In this document: one piece after another, positions 1 to 13,300 of the stretch
Layout of the letters: every line of letters starts with the position of its first letter
Numbering within the stretch: the first letter of the stretch is position 1
Assembly: GCA_037447605.1 (NCBI GenBank)
Contig: CM074818.1
Span: forward strand, 1,128,617 to 1,192,616
Direction of reading: 5' to 3'
From: Zygnema circumcarinatum SAG 698-1b
Taxonomy: Eukaryota; Plantae; Zygnematophyceae
Length of the DNA: 64,000 nucleotides
Translations under genes and position numbers: made by a program
Notes under the pieces: model-generated
What the model was told of the DNA's origin: nothing
The model's input: the letters and a program-made list of their open reading frames with translations, nothing else
The model's database searches: none

Positions 1-314
1 CCATATCCCATCATGCAGATTGTAGATACAAGTGTACTTTTCCGGTTAAAGGCATCGTACTGATTGATGTTTCCTTGGAAAACAATATAGTTCAGTAAAT
101 TTATGAGAAACCAATCTTTCCTACTTATGTGTGGTTGGTGTAGGCAGCCCAGGAGCGTCCTCCCTCCCCCTCTCCTCCTCCCTCCCTCCCTCCCTCCCCC
201 CACTCNNNNNNNNNNCCTCCCTCCCCCCTCCCTCCACCAGCCCCTCTCTCTCACCGCCCGCTAGCTCGAGCGCGTACTCCTCGCTAGAAGTGTCCTTGAC
301 AGTGATCTCCACAG

Positions 315-2366
315 ATACCCGAGGAGGAAGAAGAGGTGGAGGAAGGTGAAGTGGGGGGAGAGGAGCAGGACTACACGACAATGCTGAGGGCTCTGCTTCA
401 GCGGAGGCCCATTTGGTCGCGCCATGCGTTGGTCGCTGAGCTGCTAGACTCCCTGCCCAGTATCAACCACTCTGTTCTCAAACGGTAGCCCAGCAATTTC
501 TTTCACTTTTTCATCATACGAGGATTGATTCATGGCTGCACATTCTCTCTTTCTAAGGATTCGAGGTTGAGCGCAAACGATTGGAGCGCCTCTTCATGGC
601 CTCTCCGCTGTCACTCATCCCTCCCTNNNNNNNNNNCCTCCCTCCCTCGCAGGGTCCTCGTTCGACTCGCCTATCTGTTTGCAAATGGGCCGTTTCGCAC
701 TCTCTGGATACGGAAGGGCTACGATCCGCGGAAGGATTCCGGCTCGCGCATGTCAGAGCGGCCGCCACCTTTCCTCCATGTTCACGGGGATGGAGGGAAT
801 AAGAAGCGAATACACCGGGAAGCCCAGTTATTACATTAGAGGAATTTCACCTTCTGGATATGTTTTTGGAATGCTCTGCAAGGTGCTGTGCATTCTACAT
901 TCTACATTCATTCATTCATTGCGTGTAGTCATTCATGGGCTGAGTTCTGCGTCAAAGAGGGTGCAGATATCAAATGCTTGACTTCCGCATTCCCCCCTCT
1001 TGGGCGGTCTCCCTCCCGGAGGTGCCCAAGCATGCGGTGATGCCATGGGCCGACCTCTGCTCTTTCCGAGCACTGCCCCTCCGCCGCTTTGTGTTCCTTC
1101 AGCTGTGCGACCTGCAGGACGAGGAGGTGCGGGCCATGCTCAACGAGGAGGCGGAGAATTCCTCATGCACTGTGAGTACTTATTCTGTCCCCCGTGTCAT
1201 GTTTTCAGTTTGCTGGAAGGTGTCTCTTTGAACCCCAAGTTGCATGATCTATTGGGGTTTCTCACCCGTGAAAAATAAGGTCCACTTCCTTGTTGATTTT
1301 CTTGCTCATCACCCTTGTGGAAACGCTATCTTCTGTTTTTTGTTCCCACCTTCAAAGTCCCATGCCTTTTTCTAATCGGGAACAGGGATGAAACAAACCC
1401 AGAACCAATACTCTTCTCAGAACCGTGAATTTTCCATAGACTTCATGACTCACCAACCCCCTCCTATTGCCGACCATTACGAACTTCTCACGGTGCGAAC
1501 TTCCCTGCCCCTTTGGCCCCCTCCAGGAGGGTTCAGGGTGGTTCTCGCGCGGCGCGCTTGAGCGCATGCGTGACCGTGTGCGCGCGCGCTTCCACTCGCT
1601 GCTTGCCCAGGGAAGCGAAGTGCGCGACGTGACAGCGGTCTTCGTCGGGAGGGAGCGGAGTGGCGGCCTGGCTGGAGGGAGGGAGGGAGTGGCGGAGGGA
1701 GGGGGAGTGGTGGAGAGAGAGGGGGGGGCGGAGAGAGAGGGAGTGGCGGAGAGAGTGGGGGGGGCGGAGGGAGAGGGAGTGGCGGAGAGAGAGGGGGGGG
1801 CGGAGAGAGAGGGGGGGGCGGAGAGAGAGGGGGGTGCGGAGAGAGAGGGGGGGGCGGAGGGGGAGGAGGTGGAGGGGGGGGCAGGGGAGGGGGAGGAGGA
1901 GGGGGAGGGGAGGGCCGCTGACTGGAGAGCTCGAGAACGTGGAAGGGAGCAGCCGCTGGATGAAGGTCATTCTTTTTTATTCCCTGGTTTTTCTGACGTT
2001 GTTTGATTAGTTCTTAATTGCAAATAAGTGGATGGGGTAGGTTCTGTGTGTGTCTGTTTGGGATCAGCCGGTCGATGTTCATAGGAGATCTTGCAGTTAC
2101 TTGAGGTTTGATGTTACGATCATCGAACAGATACTGACGGGACCTCTCTGATCTATGCCTAATGTAGGAACGACAGAGAAGGAGCACTCGGCTATGCAGC
2201 TCCGTACCCTTCCCCACATGATGTTGTCTGAATTTTCTGCAGGATTGGAAGGACTGTCATCAGGGGAAGGCCAATCAGGCATGGGCATTTCGACGTTAGG
2301 AGCCCCCGTAGAAGAAGAGGACGCACAGGAATTGGGTTTGCAAAGGTTGCAGAAGCAGGCGAGCTG

Positions 2367-2397
<31 letters not shown>

Positions 2398-3384
2398 GGG
2401 AGAGAGGGGGAGGCTGACAGGGCAGGACCGGAGCTTGCAGCGTTAGCAGGGGAGCACAGACATCACAATGGAAGAGCAGCAACTTCAGAAGAAGGGGATG
2501 GATTGCCTGAAGGAGGGCTTGAAAATCGGGTCCTGGAAGATGTGCAGAAAAGGGACGAGGAGGAGCGTGAAGCACTTGAAGACGCAGTTCGTCCCGAGCC
2601 GTCGGCTTATGAAAGTGGAGGTCTTCTGGAAGAAGTGGACACAGTTATGGGTGAGAAAGAAGGTAGGGAAGGGAGGGAAGGGAAGGAAGGGTCGGACGGG
2701 GAGGGCGAAACGGAGAGAGGTGAAGACGATGATGGGGATGATGACGATGATGATGACGACGACGATGACGATGACGACGATGATGACGAGGATGAAGACG
2801 AGCTAGAGGTTGAGGTAAGACCTTCATAAAGGATAGGATGATTGATGTTAGTCCCAAAAAACCGGCCAGGTCTTATCATAGTGTCCTATTCTTGTAAGGC
2901 AACAAACTGAGATTTCAATCTCTCAGACTTTGCTTTCCACGTTAGTGCAAACGGAGCGCTTATTTAGAGGTATACTCTTGCTTGAATTTCTGCATGAAGT
3001 CAGGGCCTGTGCTGGGGTGTTTTGACGAGAAATTGGCCCTTCTCTTCGTCTATTTCTGTGCAGGATGGCGGCGTAGCAGAGGTTCAACACAGTATCCTTT
3101 TGTGCTCGCAATCGCGGCTGATATGTTCTGCTGCATGCTGACGTGAAGGCCTGCGTGTCAGACCCCCCTCATCTCCCCCGTGTGTTGGGTTACCCTTGAC
3201 GAGAGCAGCATTGGATCCCCGCCACGAGATTCCCGCTAGCGACTTCCTCGCCCTCATGGGCCAGTTTCCGCGTGTGCCAACCGATGGCAGCCCCGTTGGA
3301 GGCGAGAACCACGCGCTGCTCGCTCTCGGGGACGACTACGACATATTTGGAGATGACGGGGAGGAGGAGTCGTCCGATGACTGA
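315..3384 (+). CDS. GTF3C5: General transcription factor IIIC subunit 5 (Tau95/Sfc1) homologue, multi-exon, 5' end upstream or unresolved
   Basis: Spliced exons read QRRPIWSRHAL..., RLAYLFANGPFRTLWIRKGYDPRKDSGSR|IYQMLDFRIP..., SCT|EGSGWFSRGALERMRDRVRARF, followed by an acidic poly-D/E tail ending ...GDDGEEESSDD* at 3384. These match Tau95 hallmark motifs (RPIWSR, GP..LWIR.GYDPRKD..SR.YQ..DFR). GT-AG boundaries keep the frame. Confidence 0.88.
1690..1905 (+). repeat. Coding 18-bp G/A-rich tandem repeat (AEREGG/AEREGV units) inside a GTF3C5 exon
   Basis: Repeated GCGGAGAGAGAGGGGGGG-like units; ORF 1467-2006 reads ...GAEREGVAERVGGAEGEGVAEREGGAEREGG... Confidence 0.75.
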
Positions 3385-3992
3385 GAAGGAACTGAACTGA
3401 ACTTAATTGAACCGAATACCGCAGGTTGTGTGAGTTGCAGTCCGCAGCTTCCCTTTGTTTTTGGATGCTTGGTTGCCTGAGGGGTGCCGACCCTTTACAT
3501 GTCGTACAGTTCACACGTTCTGTCGTTGAAATTGCAAACGTGCATGTGTGGGTTCGAGTGTGTGGGTGTGCAATTACGTGTGCTCCAGGACTGACCCAAG
3601 GGAGAACCGCCGTGGCTAGGCAGACGACGGAGCTAGTCTGCTGTCTGCAGGGTGCATATAGTGTCCCTTCGCACGTCGTTCTTAGAAAGTTAATCTCTGT
3701 CAGGGCCATTCGACATGAACGGAATGTGAAAACTCGGGTGATGTATGATAAAATATCCACAATTTACATGCCAATACAATTTCCAATTTCACAATTCTCT
3801 GCACTTGATCTTTACTATACATGGGACGTGTCTGGTGTGCAACCGACAATGACCGGATGAACTGCAGAGATGTGATCCCTTTCACGCCTTCGATTGGCTG
3901 CGCAGGGTCGTTCACAGCGTGTCATCCTCAGAACACCGGCAGGGGCGCCTCCTCCCGCACTGGGTGTCAGTGGTTGTCAGCACGTAGAGTAT

Positions 3993-6900
3993 TTACAGAG
4001 TCAGTTCCATCTCCCTGGAGGGCACATAGGGCAGCAGCGCCTCCCCCAGCAGGCCCGCCAGGGCCACCCACAGGCGCCCGTCCTGCCCGCCGTCTGCCCG
4101 CGCTCTCGCCGGAACATCCTCCTCCTTCCCCTCCGTGGCCTCCCTCTGCTGCCGCCCGCCTTGGCTCTCGCGCACAGCGCTGTGCTTCTCGCCATCTGAC
4201 TCCGCTGAAAAGCACATTCGAACACGCTCACTGCGGGCTTCCAGGTCTTCACGAGTCCGTCTCTTTCGGCTGGGAGCAACGATTTTGTCTGCGCAGCAGT
4301 GGAGAGGTAGAGTTGGGGTCTTGGATGTGCAAGCAATGGGCACCATCCAATTGAAGGAAATGCTGAGAATGATCATGCCCCGAAGCTCACCAGCCTTCGA
4401 GGGATCCGTAATGACACGACGAGACTTGGAAGCCTGTTGTGAAAGCGGCGAGGAAGCAGGATAAGGAAAGTTCTGCTTCAGCCGCTCAAACATGCACCGG
4501 CCCGCCGCATCCTGCAAGCACTTCGAGGCAGTAGGCAGCGTGAGCTCGAACGGCAAAAGCAGCATCATGATCAGAAGGCAGCAGAGGGAATAGACAGAGA
4601 GTCTTGCATCCTCCCGAAGCACCCTCAAACGACACCCACTTATGCGAATGCGCCGCCCACCTGGAGAGCACCATAAACCCGTAACGCCTCATAACGCTTC
4701 ATTTCATTTTTCTGCTCAGGACCTAGCTCCAAAAGTAGAACTCTCAAGTATGGAGTCAAATTTGGCAACACCAAGAGTCGCACCTGCACATAATTTACAA
4801 TGACAAGAAAATGAGGTCAGAGTCAAGATGCATCCAACGCAAAGACACGGCCACATTGCGTAAAACTCGCCCGCCAAGATTTCAACAGGTCCGGAACACA
4901 TACGTTAGTTGCGGAAAGAGATTCCATATTCATACTTGGAAAAAAATACTTAACGGAACCTAACAATAGCAGTGTTCCAAAATCAAAGTGTACGCATGAA
5001 ACAGGAAAGAAAGGGCAAGCCCGCAAGCATGTGTTCTGTTGTCAATCAGCGGACCAATGCAAAGTTGTGTGTTCAGAACTGTGAGCAGCACTATTGCTTC
5101 TTGACATAAATCTCAAGCAGCAAGACTGGTCATCAAACACGCCGCATTTTTGGTCATTTCCAAAAGCTTAAGCCGCAATTCTTGACACCCTACAATCCCG
5201 CAACAAGACACCTTTCCCACTTGCCATCTCTCATGCAGCAACATGAAAACAAAAGGAGTTCACCGCCTTAGGAGGGCTGCGAAGGAGAGCGCAGCAATAC
5301 CACGCGAGGGCCGAGTGCGGAAAGTCCTCGAATTGCGCCATACTGCTGCGAAATGGACCGCTTGGGGTCAAGAAAGGTATGCAGGAGGGTGCGCGTGACA
5401 CGTGTCTGCAGATCTTGATACGCCTCCCCAAACCTGCTTCCCTTACACCGTGTACACCTTTCGGCCATTCAACAAGCTCTTCTTCTCAAGTAGGCAGTTT
5501 CTGTAAAGTTTTAAGGTTGAATGACATATCCCAGTACTCCCGTGCGCCTCATTCTTAAGCTTCACAAAGCCAACCTGAATGCCATCCGTCCTGCCCTTCT
5601 CACTATAGAAATCATGCTATTGCCGGCTTTGTCTGTACCGTTTGCATATGAAGGCGATCAGGGAAGCTGCATAGTCCCGAAGTTCCCAATGGCGGTTCGA
5701 CTCTTTGCCTCCGAGTCGCTTTGCCGCCAAGCACGTGATGACAGATGGCATCAACTGGTGGAGCTGCATTTGCATCGAATGGCACAGTCAGATGCCTCAT
5801 TTACGTACGATTTTCCTGATCCTGCAGGAAGGAGATGCTGAGCAATGAGCAATCTAAGCACAGAAGTCTTTAACTGCGGAAGGAACATAATCAAGGGCCT
5901 TGTATTTCCGCGTTTTAACTCGAACCTCATCTACCCAGGTCTTCGGAGTCCACCCACTTTCAGAAGATTCAAGTAAATTGCTAAGGGTTTCTGGTCAGAA
6001 ACTAACATGTCAGGCGAACTTTCTAATATTACCTAGCACAAAGGAGTCAGAGAAACCTGAACTAAGAAATGACAAGAGTCGATGCCTTCTAAAAAAAGGT
6101 CCATGGACAAAACACGGCGGAACGGAACGAAGAAGAGGAGGGAGAAAGGGAGGAAGGAGGCCGTCGAGAGAATGACATACATAGGGGTCTACGTGAATAT
6201 GAGGATTGGCGAGGAGGCTCTGAACGACTCGCATGAGGGAAAACAGAAGCGGGAGATCACCAAGGCTGCGAGCAACCTGGCCCGCATAGACAGTCAGAGG
6301 ACACAGAATCAGTGCAACAAGTTCACTTTTCTCTCTACATAACATTATGTCAACTCAACATAGCCTCACAATCTTACAACTCCCTGGGCATCCCTGAGGT
6401 TTTATCATGCTCAGCTGTCCACCTTTGATCTAAGGCAGTGAACAGATTGATGTAATCTTTTATCAAAAGGGTGGAAGAAGAGGGGCACCTCATCCTGAAT
6501 GAACTGTGTGAAGTACGGCACCAATGGGTGAAGACCAGCATCCGTGGCCAGACTGTGCAAGGCATGCTTGAGAAGCTCTCCTCCTCCCCCAGCGATAATA
6601 AGCTCTGTTATTTTCTCAAAGTACAGCTACAAACCCCAGCATTTGCACGCAACATAGCCCAGACTCAGAAACACAAAATGAACTCCAAAGCATTCAATTT
6701 GCCAGATCAAAAAGATAACAATATTTGACAGTCGGAATGTCAAAGAAGAGAAGCCATACATGTAACGTCATCACACTGCCTCCATTCCTCAGATTGTCAG
6801 AAATCCGATAAGAAAACTACGCTCATTACAGGTCAACTGGACGCTTAACAGCTATAATGAAGATAACAGGAGTTGCTTTCACATCAAGTAACTTCATTAA

Positions 6901-9727
6901 CCTACAACTAGACCAACCAGGATCCTATACAAGTGTTTCCATTAGAGGAAGAAAACGCAGTCCGTATGAGCCATCCAATAATCTTCGACGTAGCTCGTGG
7001 GGATCCGACATAGAAGATAATGCGGCAGAAAAAGGGAAGTTTGGCCATTGGATAAAGACTTTCCAAGCTGCCCCTCCTCGCCTATCAAGATCTGTGGCAA
7101 AAAGCAGCCGAACTGTACCTGCAATTCCCGAGAAAGCACATGCTTCACCGCGGGTCTGACCTCCACGAGTTCATCTGCAGCAGGGGGAGGCACAGAAGGC
7201 TTCTTTTCCGCTGCAGGAATTGCCAGCGCTGCATGAGGACAAGGGAAGCCATGGTCAGAGCTTGCAGGAGCATTCACGAAGAAAGCATAAACTGCAAAGT
7301 TAAATGTCTGCTTTAAGCATAAGTCAAGAGGGAGGCGTCGAGCTGGATAGCTGGATTCACTAACAAGGCTTCGTCGCACTCTATGGTAAACAAAAATAGA
7401 GCAAAATCAGCAAGGTTAGAAGCCGAACAAGGGACTAGTGGACTCTGCAGGACACGACAGCTGCACAAGACAAGGTTGGTAAATAGCAGCTTGCCATCCA
7501 CAGGCCACACAAGTTACAATACTGGAAACTTTAGAAGGCACTTTTTCTTCATTTCGATTAATAGTCCACTATGGCCTCTACAAAGGTGTAGTAGCTCCCA
7601 TAACAAACAATACAGGCATCAAACAATATCTCGAACAAGACCCCCCCTTCAGAAAAGAACGAACTACATTAAGCAGCTTTGTTGATACATCATTTCAGGA
7701 GAGAAATCATGGAACCTCAGTAAGCATAGAATAAAGGGAAAGTGCATCCCACGTTGGATAGGGACATTTTCAGGAATCGCAGGCTGCACGCCCTCCACTG
7801 CCAGCCAATGGGCTGTAAGTGACACATCCAATGGAGCTTTTGGCAGATTGCTCTCCAAAACCTGCATGGCGCAACTCCCCATCTAAGGACTCCCGGCAAA
7901 CAGGTGGACTCACGGACGTCAAGTTCTGCGAGTCTCAGCCGTTTCTGCTGCAAACACTATTGGTGAGAAAAATTCCTGCAACTAATACATTAAATCTACA
8001 AGTTGAACCAACTACACCGTATCCACTTCATGCTAACCTGGGGGCACATTTCAAAAGGTGAGCAGGCAGCCCAGTATAGAGGGGGATGCACAGACCTCCT
8101 TCAGTTCAAGCTCGCGCTCGTCTACAAAGATAATGTCCGAGTGCCCGAGAGCTCGTCGAAACCGCGAGGGATCTGCAGAAGCGAATCCGTACAACGGCTG
8201 CAAGGAGAGCAGCAGGTATAGCCACATGACCGATCAGAGCCCTCGTTCACACCAGGGCTTCAATTCCACAGAACCCGCGCTTGAATTGGCCAAGACGTCT
8301 ACTGTACACGAGTATCCATTTCTGTATCCCTATTCGGATGGGGAATAGGTATACACAATTGGCACTGAAAGGAGAAGAATGCGCTCGAGTCTATATATGA
8401 CATATGTCTGTGAAATCGGAAATCTCAAGTCAACTAAAACCTAGGAACCTACTAGGGTATTTTGCAAAAATAATTGGCAAAACATAGTTTGCAATGCAAG
8501 TACAACTCAGGTGTTTCGGTCAATCCTACCAGTTCCACAGTCTACCTGAAGTCGAAATTACAGGTGCAAAAGGACCATCCTTTCTGCAAATATAAGCTTG
8601 ACGACTCTATCCCCATGTGTAAGTAAACCAAGCTTCTGAGCCAAGATACGACGAGTACATGTATCAAACTTTCATGACAGCAGAACGAGTTATTTCTCTC
8701 CACAATTCGTTGACATCAGGACAAAAAACATTGAAAAACATTATCCGGAGTGAACCAACAATCAATCCACTCCAATGCCGGATAAGTGTTAAGTATTCAG
8801 GGTAAACTTAAAAAACCTTAAAAAACTGTCATTCGAAAGAATTAAAAATAAGGACTACATTGATGGTTGTGGTTAGAGTTAGGGTTAGGGTTAGGGTTAT
8901 AGAGGTGATGGTTGGAGTTCTGGTTGGGTAATGGTTAGGACGAGTGTTATTGTTACGGTCGGGGTTGGGGGTTGGGTTTACGATAGGGTTAGGGTTGGGG
9001 TTAGGGATAGGGGTAGGGTCAGAGTCAGGGTTAGGTTAAATGATAGGGTTCCGGTTGAAGTATTGTCAGGGCTAGTAGTAGGATTAGGGTGAAGGGTTGG
9101 GTTTAGGGTTAGGGAGAGGGTTAGGGTTAGCGTAAGGTGATTGCATTCCTAATTCAGATGTATAGATGAGACAAACTAGCTAGCACTTGCGCTCTAGCAG
9201 TTTACATTCTTCTCCCTTCCAGTTGGGTACAAAAACCGGCGGAGACTGCGAGACCTTGAAAACATTGGTAACGTGAGTTGTGCGAGGGTTCGAGTAGTAG
9301 CGACTTCTCAGGATAATGCAGAACTATGCCAGCTGTTGGGAGTGATATAACCTTTAACGGATGCCAGGAAAGTGCAGGAGAAGGTGCAAGACGAGCAAGC
9401 AACTGCACCTCCACATTTCTGAGGCTGAGTGCACTGTTTACGTCCTCCGTGGTCAGCACGGTGCGCTTCGAGTGGTGCATGCACTTGATGGCCTCCTGCA
9501 GACGTGCCAGCCATGGCATGCAAGTCGAGCAGGCCGTCAGCTCACAAGGGCTTGCAAGGGCAGGGCTGCAGCGCCGGGTGCGGGGCGCGGAGCGTACCCA
9601 CCTGCATGATCTCGCGCATGCGGTACTCGACGTCGGGCGCGAGCGCGGCGGCAGCGTCGTCGGAGAGCTGCGAGATGCCGATGCTCTGCGCCGCCGCGCG
9701 GACGGCCTCCTGCGCCATCGTGCTCAT
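3993..9727 (-). CDS. TAF6: TFIID subunit TAF6, multi-exon
   Basis: Exon 1 (9727-9602) [42 protein letters not shown]; exon 2 (9495-9409) [29 protein letters not shown]; then [13 protein letters not shown]..., [49 protein letters not shown] and C-terminal [18 protein letters not shown]. This gives the histone fold plus TAF6_C HEAT motifs. Confidence 0.95.
8865..9130 (+). repeat. Degenerate interstitial (TTAGGG)n telomere-like tract in TAF6 intron 2
   Basis: Three perfect TTAGGG units at 8879-8896 and many 6-bp-periodic variants (TTAGAG, TTGGGG, ATAGGG, TCAGGG) through 9130. Confidence 0.8.
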
Positions 9728-9744
9728 GGCGGCCGGGCGGGCCT

Positions 9745-9960
9745 GCTCCCTCTCCCTCCCTCCCTCCCTCCCTCCCTCCCTCCCTCCCCTCCCCCTCCTC
9801 CTCAACCTCCCCCTCCCCCTTCCCTCCCCCTCCCCCTCCCCCTCCCCCTCCCCCTCCCCCTCCCCCTCCCCCTCCCCCTCCCCCTCCCTCCCTCCCCTCC
9901 CCTCCCCTCCCCTCCCCTCCCCTCCTCCTTCCCCTCCTTCCCCCCTCTGCCCCTCTCTCA
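9745..9960 (+). repeat. (CTCCCC)n/(CCCT)n polypyrimidine tract upstream of the TAF6 ATG
   Basis: Directly visible; it is G-rich on the TAF6 sense strand. Confidence 0.85.
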
Positions 9961-10313
9961 CATGCGCGCGGCGACAGAGCAGGCAGGCAGGCAGGCGCAT
10001 GCATGGCCATGGCCCCATGGCCTTATGGGCCCATAGCCATGAGGGCGTGCCGTCATCATCATCACATGCTGATGTCAGCGCCAGAGTCACCCGGCCAACT
10101 GCGCCTGCTCGCCGTACGGACTCGACCGTACGAACGCTTGAACTGGAAACCGGTGTAAGCGTTGAATGGTTAAACTGCAACATGGCACTGTTCCAGAGAA
10201 ACTTTACGGGGAGTTGGAGTGCATGGAGCGCGCGTGGCGGCCGGGCCCACAGCGGGGGACGGCGAGAGCGAGGCGGAGGCGGTGGCGGCGGAGGGAGAGA
10301 GAGAGGAGGCGCC
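9960..10313. promoter_or_regulatory. Putative bidirectional promoter between TAF6 and the G-patch gene
   Basis: Divergent ATGs at 9727 (-) and 10314 (+). The region carries site-II-like TGGGCC/GGCCCA motifs (about 10026-10033 and 10243-10248) and a GA-rich leader before the + strand ATG. Confidence 0.5.
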
Positions 10314-13300
10314 ATGGCGGCGGGCGGCGCACCTGCGGGAGGAAGGCTGTTCCAGGGCGTGGAGAAGGCCTCCGCCGCCTTTCGGCTCATGCAGCAGATG
10401 GTGCGCCGCTCTGCCCTCAGGGCTCACATATTGGACTGCGAGAAGCCTTGCCACTTTTCTGCTCTTGCTGAATTTATGCTTTCTTTAGATCCTGTATGGC
10501 TTCTTGAACTGCTGTTGACCTCGGGACTCTGCTCCTGCTGGTCTTAAATTTCTGTGAGAAGATGTTATTGAGCTTATTGATATCAAAAACACATGAGAAT
10601 TAAGTTGAGCAAAAGTGAGGACAGCTGTCCACCGCAGAGAAGCACTCGAGCTTCTTATGCTAACGATCGCTGGGTATAATTTTACCTTGTCGGATCCTGT
10701 TCAAGATAGTTAAAGGCAGCAGACTGCATCTCTGAACGTCTTCTTGGCTGTCGTAGAACTCGTTAGTAAGGACCTGACTCTTTTGTTTCTGATTTTTTTC
10801 CACTGTCGCTTGCCAGGGATGGGAAGAGGGGAGTGGATTAGGCAAGAACAAGCAGGGCATTGCTACTCATGTCCGCGTTACAAAGAAGCATGATAACGCA
10901 GGTCAGATAAAATTCTCTCTTGGTTCAGCACTCGTGCTAGTTTAGCTATGAACTTCCAGGAAACAATAAACTTGGCCAATGAGCTCTTTTGTTTTTAGTT
11001 TCCATGAGAATGTTTGGGTACTGTGCATTTGAAGTTGCTCATTCTTAGGATACTTGCAAAGCAGGAATTTTTCGAGCCTTCGTTTACGCACTTGCAGATC
11101 AGTAAGTCTTGTTGTTCGCAGTTGCTGATTGAGTGTCTCTGGTGTAATTGGCCGCTGACAGGTCTTGGCATCGCGGAGGCCAAGAAGGCTGGTTCTGACT
11201 GGACCGTCAACACTGCCGTGTATGACAACATTCTCAAAAACTTAAATGTGGTGAGATCAGGCTTCTGCATTGAGTCTGGACTCCAGGTCTTGCAATTGAC
11301 GTGCAGACAGACAACAAGAAACACTCTCTTTACGTCTTGACTGTTGAGTTGTTCTTCGGTTGTTTCCCATAAACTTGAGGTAACCTGCAAGTTCGAAACC
11401 TGGTAATCCATGTACTTCTAAGTCATTTTTTAAACAGAGTTGTGCTACCGAGTGCGAACCTTTAGGTGGGACACCTTTGCTGCGTATCAAGAACGTCTGA
11501 GGACAGCGAGGATTGGCAAACAAATGCAAAGGACTTGGAAGTTTGCGTCAGAGATAGGATCAGGCAGTATTTATTCCTTTAGGATGAAAAAACATGTGAC
11601 ACGTTTATTGAATCGTTATTCCTAATTAGCAGAATGTTGTAAGTCGAAGGAAATGCGATGCAATTTATGGGGTAACACTTTATTAAAATATACACAGTGT
11701 TTCTTCTTGTGTGCAGCAAGCGGCGGGGCAGTACCAAAGTGAGTCTTTAATTACTACCTTCAACGAGGGTCACGCATTCTACTGATGTTGCCTATGTGTG
11801 TCAGCTTGCAAGTACTTCCCAATGCAGGCAAAGGTCATTGTTTTTTTTTATGTTTGCCTTTTCATCACAGGGAGTAGTTTACGGACATATGTGCATTCAA
11901 TCAAACGTTTATTTTCTTTGCAATCAGTGTAGAGGTTAATGGTTGAAGGTCTGTGTTTCACATGTTCTGGTTCTGTTACATACGTCATTTTGAAGCTCTT
12001 GATGCATTCTTCATGATGCTATTTGTTGTGATCTCTTGCTGCTGCAGAAAAAGCAGTTGAGGATAGCTCCGAAAGTGACTCAGATAGCGAGGTGGAGGAC
12101 ATAGAACCTGACAAAAAGAGCGAGGTCTCCACTACTCCTGCGATTACAAAACCAGTCAAGCTCGCTCGTCCGCAGGGGAGGTGCTTACTTGTGTGACTCT
12201 CACCTGATTTTGGTCAAGGTTAAACTTGCATCGATGCCGATATCAGGTTAGGCTTGCCTGGTAAATGCGTCAGACTGGTGCCATAGGACATTCAAAATAA
12301 GAGCTCAATTTTTTGACGTAGTCGACTTGACTCTCTGACATTGATGTAGTGAGTGGTCATTGGCATGCTATCACAGGTACAAGAGGAGAGAGGCGGGAAA
12401 GCAGGTGGCCTCGTATTCATCAACAGATCTCAGTGCAATCTTGGTAGCATACCTTCCTTTTGTTAATTTGAGCAAGTCGCAATTAAACATGGCTACCTAT
12501 CTCAATCTTGTAACTGAGTTAGATGTGGGGTAGAGTGGCCATTCCTGAATAAAACCTACCCCTTTGCGGACAAACATAACTTCTTTATGAGATTCATTTA
12601 TTCAGTAGATTTGAACCATGCTTGTTTCTTTGTCAGCTGTGTTTGTATCGTGGTTTAAGGTCCGCCGTTGGTCGAAGCCAAAGGTCCTTTTCTCATGTGT
12701 CGATCTGCATTGCATCAAACAGGGGCATGGAGCGACATCGAGCCCAACACCTCCCAAGGAAATTGCGAAAGTCTTAAAGGCAAATAGTAAGTAAAGGTGT
12801 CTGCACAGCTCCGTTGGACATGCACGAGCAGCTCAGCAGGATGCAGAGCCGTTTTTTTTTCTGCTGGATATGCAGCCCAAGGAGTCTGAGTGCATGCCAT
12901 GTCTTCGTCTTTGTTTTTTCTTTTCTTCTGTCCTGCATACTTTATTGTCGTGCCCGTCTTTGCAGCATGCGTGGGCTGAGATTCATGTGATTTTGACTCT
13001 TTTATGTTGTAACGCAGGTGAGGAACTACCCCCCAAGAATGAAAATGTTGCGCTGCTGTCGGAGATTAAACCTGCTACTCCGTCTCTGTTGGGCCGCCAA
13101 CTCACTGCTTCGGTCTCCAAGCCAAGCCCTGCATGGTGGGGGAGCAAGTTTGGTTTTGTGAGAGCTGGGGAATTAGGGTCTATGCCTGTCCCTCAAAGTG
13201 ATGTCACGACTGCTGGAAAAGTCCACCTATCGAAAACTGGAGATGGAGGAGTTACGGATAAGACCATGGAAAGTGGGGAAACGGGCCGACGACCTGCGTT

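Noticed and set aside
9326-10547. Long P/L/S- or G/E-rich ORFs (236-347 aa) on both strands
   Set aside because: By-products of the (CTCCCC)n tract and GC-rich TAF6/GDP1 first exons.
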